Of a DNA stretch of 30,331 bases, positions 25,217 through 30,331 are shown piece after piece. This stretch comes from a virus (taxonomy: Duplodnaviria > Caudoviricetes). Numbering within the stretch: the stretch's first letter is position 1; each line of letters starts with the position of its first letter. Under the pieces are notes generated by a model. That model worked only from the letters and a program-made list of their open reading frames with translations, was not told where the DNA came from and did no database searches. The translations under genes and the position numbers were made by a program. The stretch is from positions 1-30,331 of the IMG/VR virus record IMGVR_UViG_3300035007_000001; one strand, written 5' to 3'.

Positions 25217-25947
25217 CCACCCAGACGCCGGATGCTGTGCGCGAGGCGCGTAGGATTGCCGCTGATGTGTTGGGCCTGCCGCCCGGTCTTCGCAGCGAAT
25301 ATATGGACGGAAAATTCGACACGGGTGATCACGTCCGTATTGCCCTCGCCGCCCTCGACAGCCGCGCGGGCGATGCGGGGGAGGTCGAAGAGCAGGCGGA
25401 AGACTGGCTCGATGCACGCGTCGCACCAGGTCATTCGCGGGACCGTGATTATGGCGCTGATGATATGATCGACGCATATATCGCCGGTCGCTCCCCCACC
25501 ACCGCGCCCGCTGTCGATGCGGAGGAAGGTGACGACGGAGGCCCGTGCACGGATTGCTGCGACACCGGCATTACGATCCAGACCGAGCGCACTTGCTCCT
25601 GTGATGCTGGCGACCAGTATCGCGCGCCCGCTGTCGATGCGGTCCCGGCGGGGGAGGTGAGCTTGCGGGATGCGCTGGACGACGCAATCAATAGCCCGAA
25701 AGGCGTCGTGCCTGTCAGCGCTGAGCCTTTCTATGACGGTCGGGCGGGTAGGGTGAAGCCAGCCGAGGCCGCGCCAACCGCATATTTGATGACCGGGCGA
25801 TGGGAGCTTGACCCAGAAGGCAAGACGCCGGGCATCTACATGGATGATCCGGAAGGCGGCGATCCGATTTGCCTCTGTGCGATCAAGCGGGTCTATCACC
25901 CCGGCCTTCTTTCCGCCGCGCTCTCGCACGGGGAGGTGCAGGCATGA
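25213..25947 (+). CDS. Mosaic hypothetical protein with repeated PAVDA linkers
   Basis: ATGA-coupled; 20-bp direct repeats at 25503-25522 and 25623-25642. Confidence 0.75.
   Translation: MTTQTPDAVREARRIAADVLGLPPGLRSEYMDGKFDTGDHVRIALAALDSRAGDAGEVEEQAEDWLDARVAPGHSRDRDYGADDMIDAYIAGRSPTTAPAVDAEEGDDGGPCTDCCDTGITIQTERTCSCDAGDQYRAPAVDAVPAGEVSLRDALDDAINSPKGVVPVSAEPFYDGRAGRVKPAEAAPTAYLMTGRWELDPEGKTPGIYMDDPEGGDPICLCAIKRVYHPGLLSAALSHGEVQA
25503..25642 (+). repeat. Direct repeat CGCGCCCGCTGTCGATGCGG x2 (16-bp core also at 24144-24159)
   Basis: Read directly; 120-bp spacing, in frame. Confidence 0.92.
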
Positions 25948-26720
25948 GCTACCAGCGCAAGGAGGTCATCGGCAACGCCACACTATACCTGGGTGATTGC
26001 CGCGAGGTGCTGCCGACGTTGCAGCCCGTCAATGCGGTGATCACCGACATCCCATATGGCACCACTCGCTGCGCATGGGATGCCGTCATACCCCTGCAGG
26101 ATATGTGGGATGCGCTGCTCTTCGTGACGGGGCCGAATGTTCCCGTGCTCCTTTTCGGCATGGAGCCGTTCTCATCGGTTTTACGGACATCCAATCTTCG
26201 CCAGTTCAAATACGATTGGGTTTGGCGAAAGCTGAAAGCCACGGGCTTTTTGAATGCGAAGCGCCAGCCTTTGCGAGCGCACGAGTTTATCAGCGTATTT
26301 TGCGACGGGGCTGCACCGTATTTCCCGCAGAAGACCACCGGACATGAGCGCAAGACCACGTTCCGAGGCAAGCATCTGCAGACCGATGTCTACGGGAACA
26401 TGGCTGGGGATTATCATTACGACAGCACCGAGCGTTACCCCCATTCGGTCGTGACGTTCTCTGCCGACACCCAGAATAGCAGCGTCCACCCCACCCAGAA
26501 GCCAGTCGATCTGATGGAGTACTTGGTGCTTTCGCACACTTTGCCGGGGCAGGAAGTCCTCGATTTCACCATGGGGTCTGGCACCACCGGTGTCGCCTGT
26601 TCGATATCCGGGCGGACCTTCGTGGGCATCGAACGCGACCCGACCTACTTCGACATCGCCTGCCGCCGCATCGAGGACGCGCAGCGCCAGGGCAATCTGT
26701 TTGCGGGAGAAGCCGCATGA
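25944..26720 (+). CDS. DNA N6/N4 methyltransferase, beta class
   Basis: TDIPY (DPPY variant), HPTQKP, VLDFTMGSGTTG. Confidence 0.93.
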   Translation: MSYQRKEVIGNATLYLGDCREVLPTLQPVNAVITDIPYGTTRCAWDAVIPLQDMWDALLFVTGPNVPVLLFGMEPFSSVLRTSNLRQFKYDWVWRKLKATGFLNAKRQPLRAHEFISVFCDGAAPYFPQKTTGHERKTTFRGKHLQTDVYGNMAGDYHYDSTERYPHSVVTFSADTQNSSVHPTQKPVDLMEYLVLSHTLPGQEVLDFTMGSGTTGVACSISGRTFVGIERDPTYFDIACRRIEDAQRQGNLFAGEAA

Positions 26721-26905
26721 CCGCCTCCGGTTTCGCGATGAGCGAGAAGCGGGCGGTTCGGTACGACGACGCCGGGTTTCGGGTCATTCGCCCCGGCACG
26801 CCGCAAGTCGCCACCGAATACCGCGCAGCCAATGGTCGCACGACGCAGATGGCGGGTGAGGGTGACGAGGTTCGGGAACGGTTGAGGGGAGGGAGGGATG
26901 GGTAG
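26717..26905 (+). CDS. Small hypothetical protein
   Basis: 62 aa, coupled to MTase. Confidence 0.5.
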   Translation: MTASGFAMSEKRAVRYDDAGFRVIRPGTPQVATEYRAANGRTTQMAGEGDEVRERLRGGRDG

Positions 26906-27260
26906 TTACGCGCATGAGCGGGCCAAGACCCCGGCGCAATGGTGTGCCGAGTTCGCTTCCCGCCAAATTCCGATGTCCGAACGTGCGTTGAGGTCGAAGG
27001 CCCGCGCGATCGGCGCTTACATTACGCTCGGCAAGGCGATGCTGATTACGCCGGAGCAGATTGACCACATTCTAGAGGACGGCGCATGCCACTCGAACCC
27101 TATCTCCGTGGCACGACCTGGTGGGCAAAAGGCCGTATCCAGTTCAACGGGCGCGACATCACCGACTACATCCGCGAAAGCACTGGCGCATCTACAGAAG
27201 ATGGCGCGCGGCAGTGGATCGCGGAACGTCAGGCGCGCGAAGAGCGGCGGGCAGTCCTAG
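26898..27260 (+). CDS. Excisionase-like protein
   Basis: MSERALR.KAR.IGAY..LGK.MLIT wHTH pattern, upstream of and overlapping int. Confidence 0.7.
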   Translation: MGSYAHERAKTPAQWCAEFASRQIPMSERALRSKARAIGAYITLGKAMLITPEQIDHILEDGACHSNPISVARPGGQKAVSSSTGATSPTTSAKALAHLQKMARGSGSRNVRRAKSGGQS

Positions 27261-28204
27261 GCCATGAAGAGGCACAGGAGCGCGAGTTCACGTTCAATGA
27301 TGCAGTTGTTCTGTATGCAGCAACCGAGCAAATGGCGCGCTATCTGATCCCTATCGTTGAACGCATTGGCGCGCTGCCGATCAAGAAAATCACCCCGAAG
27401 ATGATCCGCGAACTCGGGCGCGACCTGTATCCTGACAACGCTGTCGACACATGGCGGCGCTGGGTCATCGCTCCGGCGCGAGCCGTTATCAACAACGCCA
27501 GCGAGTTGGGCCACTGCCCGCCGATCCGTATCCCCGGCTATGACAAGCAGGAGCGCGTCAAGCAGGATCGGGCGCGTGGCAAGGTCAGCCGCAAGCCGAA
27601 GGTCCCTGGTGATTGGGACTGGATCCTCGCCTTTCGGGCGAAGGCCAGTAAGCGGCACGCAGCCCTTGCGATGTTCATGTTCACGACCGGCGCCCGGATT
27701 GGACAAGCGGTCGCCATGCACCCGGACAACCTCGACCTAGACAAAGGCAAAGCTGTCATCCCCGGAGCCAAGGGGCATGACGATCGCACCGTTCAGCTTA
27801 TGCCTGAGCTGGTCGAAGAGTTGCGTGCTTTGAAGCCCAAGGCTCCGCGTGGCTGGGATGCACGCTATCGGCGCAATCTCCGGGTCTTCGGCTTTGCCGA
27901 CAAGGATGGTCCACGCAGCGGCTGGCGGACTGCCTGCAAGCGCGCTGGTATCCCATACTTGCCGCCCCATTCTGCCGGTCGCCATGGCTTCGGGCAGGAA
28001 ATGCGCGTCCGCCAGGGCGTCGATAGCAAGTCCGTCGAAAGCGTCGGTGGCTGGTCCGCGAAGGGCGGGATGGTCGACAAGATTTACACCCATGCCGAGG
28101 ACAGCGACGCCAAGATTTTGGAGGCTCTTCGTACAGGCTTCGTACAAGCCGAAAATAAGATTAGCGCCAAAGCCGCAAAAATGCTAGGGAAAGAGCATGA
28201 ATGA
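27086..28204 (+). CDS. int: Tyrosine integrase
   Basis: TTGAR, GAKG, HSAGRH, GGW, IYTH catalytic set; ends 3 bp before att. Confidence 0.95.
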   Translation: MPLEPYLRGTTWWAKGRIQFNGRDITDYIRESTGASTEDGARQWIAERQAREERRAVLGHEEAQEREFTFNDAVVLYAATEQMARYLIPIVERIGALPIKKITPKMIRELGRDLYPDNAVDTWRRWVIAPARAVINNASELGHCPPIRIPGYDKQERVKQDRARGKVSRKPKVPGDWDWILAFRAKASKRHAALAMFMFTTGARIGQAVAMHPDNLDLDKGKAVIPGAKGHDDRTVQLMPELVEELRALKPKAPRGWDARYRRNLRVFGFADKDGPRSGWRTACKRAGIPYLPPHSAGRHGFGQEMRVRQGVDSKSVESVGGWSAKGGMVDKIYTHAEDSDAKILEALRTGFVQAENKISAKAAKMLGKEHE

Positions 28205-29865
28205 CATCTGCCCTCCGAAGGCAGAGGCCACAGGTTCGAATCCTGTCGGGTGCGCCATTTCTGTTCAGCTTTGGGCACTGCGGCACTCGGCGTCTGGGAT
28301 GCTATGATCGCGCGTTCCAGCATCGCGTTGCGCCCCGTGATCCGAACCTCGCGGTCGCCGACTTCGACGCGGTCCACGAGCAGGTGGATGTATTCCTTGC
28401 GCGTCCTGCCGTCCGGCTCGTCCAGCTTACGGCGAAGCAGATCGCCGAACCGGGCGATGATTTCAGGCGTGATTCGTCGATCACCGGCGTCGAGCTGCCG
28501 TTCAAGGACGGCGATGTCGGCTTGGGTGCTGGCCTTCTGCGCACGGATATTGCCGAGTTCACTGGCGACTTGCGGATCGTCGGGGCTCAGCGTGTTGTTC
28601 CGGACCAGCCTGATTACGCTGGCGCTCTCGCCATCGAGTTGGGTCAGCCGGGCGCGGAGCCGCTTCAATTCGGCCGCGCGCTCGGCGACGGCGGTGGCCG
28701 ACCGGTCCAGCCATGTCTGCAGAAGCGTGGTCAGCCGTTCCGGCTGGACGAGATGACGGGTCACCGCGCCGACGACCAGATCGTCCAGTTGCCCCATCGG
28801 GACGCGGCGTCCCGTGCACGCGTCCGGCCCGCGCTTGACCCGCGCCGAACAGGCGTAATAGCGATACTGGCCGGACTTTCCGGTGCTCGTCATCATCCCG
28901 GCGCCGCAACCGTCCCCACCGCAACCGCAGACCGCGCGGCTGGTCAGCAGATTCGTATTCGTCTTCGCGGCCGCTTCGCCCATTCGCGGGTCGCGGTCGG
29001 CCATCTGCTGGCGGACCGCGTAGAACGTCTCTTCATCAATGATCGGCGGCACCGGGATCGGCACCCACTCGCTTTCCGGCCGCGTCTCACCGGTGCGAGA
29101 ATTCCGGCGGTTGAAGATTACATAGCCTATATAGGCGGTGTTAGTCAGGATGTTGTGCAACGTCCCGATGCTGAACCGCTTGCCCCGGATGCGATAACCG
29201 CGTTCGTTGAGGTGATGCGCCAAGCCCGTGACGCCGATCGGGCCGCTCGCCGTGCCTTCGCGATACGTCTTGAAGATGTACCGCACCATGTCGACCGTCT
29301 CGGGGTCGTGCTCCAGCTTCTTGCGGTCCTTGCCGCGCGCCTACGACACGGTGCAGGTGCGAAAGCCGATCGGCGGCGTCTGGCCGTTCCAAAAGCCGTT
29401 CACGGCATTGGCCACCATGGTGCGGCGAACATGCTTGGCGTTCTCGGCCGAATGATATTCGTCGAAGATAGCGAGCATCGACACGGCTAGGTCGGACGTC
29501 GGATCGTCGCCGAAATCCTGCGTCACCGAAATAATGCGGATTTTCTTGCGGCGCAGCCGCTCGCGATATTGCATGAAGTCGAGCGCATTGCGGAACAGCC
29601 GCGACAGCGAATGCGCGAGGATGATGTCGACCGGACGCTCATCCGACTCGGCCAGCGCGATCATTTCACGAAAAGCGCGCCTATGATCGTCGGTGGCGCT
29701 GCCCGCTTCCGAGAAGACCCGGACAGCCTGGGCGCCATGATCCTCGATCCAGCGTTCGGCGGTGGCGATCTGATCCGGCAACGACAAGTCGTTCTTTTCC
29801 TGCCGCGTCGTCGATACCCGCGCATAGACGAAGACGCGCTTACCCGCGAACGTGTCGCTTCCCAT
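28084..29865 (-). pseudogene. Large serine recombinase with a single in-frame TAG (29341-29343)
   Basis: YARVST and SLSRLFR catalytic domain; same frame continues ARGKDRKKLEHDP into recombinase domain, Zn ribbon and coiled coil. Confidence 0.9.
28208..28257 (+). other. att site: 3' 50 nt of tRNA-Arg(CCG)
   Basis: Anticodon arm CTGCC-CTCCGAA-GGCAG, T-arm ACAGG-TTCGAAT-CCTGT, CCA end; D-arm and 5' acceptor strand absent. Confidence 0.92.
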
Positions 29866-30055
29866 TTTCAGACCTTTCGAACAGCGCGGCGATCTCGCCG
29901 CCGAACAGCCGATCGATCAGCGCGACCTCCTGTTCGAGGGTCGACCATGAATCGTCGAAGGCCGCGCTGACAAGCCCCGGATCGTTGATACGCGCATCAC
30001 TGACCGGCGACGCGGAGGTCACTTGGGTCGTTGGAGGTGATGCGCGCCGGCTCAT
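29840..30055 (-). CDS. Small protein upstream of the serine recombinase
   Basis: 71 aa; DDSW...EVALIDRLFGGEIAALF; overlaps recombinase start. Confidence 0.55.
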   Translation of the reverse strand: MSRRASPPTTQVTSASPVSDARINDPGLVSAAFDDSWSTLEQEVALIDRLFGGEIAALFERSENGKRHVRG

Positions 30056-30206
30056 GGGCCGGGCGTGGCAGGTTCAGCGCGACGCCGTTGCGGGGGGCGC
30101 TCGCGAATCTTCCAGAAGTGCCTGCGTTACGGGTTCACCGTCTCAGGTCGACAAGAGGGAGGCGAGTTTTCGATGTCTTGCTGTCTATCGCAGGCTGGTC
30201 GATGGC

Positions 30207-30331
30207 TGTAGATGTCAGCGCTAATTGGCACAGCGCTGTCAGAGCTAAGTGACACCGATCACGAGGGTGCTGCGCGCCGCTTCCACTACGTCGTCGGTGA
30301 TCGCGTTCAGGCCGTTGATCCGCAGTATGCG
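30207..30331. mobile_element. End of a Tn552/Tn5053-like transposon extending right
   Basis: TGT at 30207; 19-bp direct repeats TGTCAGCGCTAATTGGCAC (30213-30231) and TGTCAGAGCTAAGTGACAC (30237-30255). Confidence 0.7.
30245..30331 (-). CDS. C-terminus of a transposon AAA ATPase (partial)
   Basis: RILRINGLNAITDDVVEAARSTLVIGVT-stop, recalled as the tail of ATPases in resolvase/Mu-transposase/ATPase elements. Confidence 0.7.
   Translation of the reverse strand, partial: RILRINGLNAITDDVVEAARSTLVIGVT

Larger units (their letters stand above)
128..28257. mobile_element. Prophage (right part), lambdoid organisation with DUF1073/DUF2213/DUF2184 head module; interrupted at left
   Basis: Terminase, portal, capsid, cI/cro switch, exonuclease, xis/int and a tRNA-derived att fragment in canonical order. 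Confidence 0.95.

Noticed and set aside
28180-28257. Intact tRNA-Arg gene
   Set aside because: 5' acceptor strand and D-arm are replaced by int coding sequence.
28201-29490. 429-aa plus-strand ORF coupled to int
   Set aside because: Runs through the tRNA fragment and is antisense to the serine recombinase; shadow ORF.

Overview
GC-rich alphaproteobacterial DNA (probably Sphingomonadaceae; host is inferred). Most of the window is the right ~28 kb of a lambdoid-organised prophage integrated at a tRNA-Arg(CCG); the att fragment is at 28208-28257. On the minus strand, from the switch leftward, lie cro, cII-like, GapR, RusA, HNH, replication genes and an LmbU-like regulator. The packaging/head module follows: GIY-YIG, TerS, TerL, DUF1073 portal, Mu-F, HNH, DUF2213 protease/scaffold, decoration protein, DUF2184 capsid and a fibre-like Ig/deacetylase gene. 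That last gene is cut at ~127 by what looks like a Mu/Tn7-superfamily transposon end, and no tail or lysis genes are in the window. On the plus strand are cI and a coupled two-gene cassette in the lambda rexAB position. A PL-like operon follows: Cys-triplet repeat protein, YqaJ exonuclease plus unknown partner, 2OG-Fe(II) oxygenase, PAPS-reductase family protein, mosaic linker proteins, DNA MTase, xis and tyrosine integrase. Right of att are a large serine recombinase with one in-frame amber codon, which reads through the tRNA fragment, and the end of a Tn552/Tn5053-like transposon. Best candidates for undescribed biology: (1) a repeated TRACGGCGGTA late-gene motif with an LmbU-like candidate activator; (2) the cI-linked putative defence pair; (3) the 9-bp Cys-Ser-X array gene with a promoter-gated RBS hairpin; (4) in-frame cassette proteins delimited by PAVDA/GEV linker repeats; (5) recurrent x-x-Asp-Ala sites and cargo-like inserts in head proteins. 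Family assignments come from motif recognition, not database searches.
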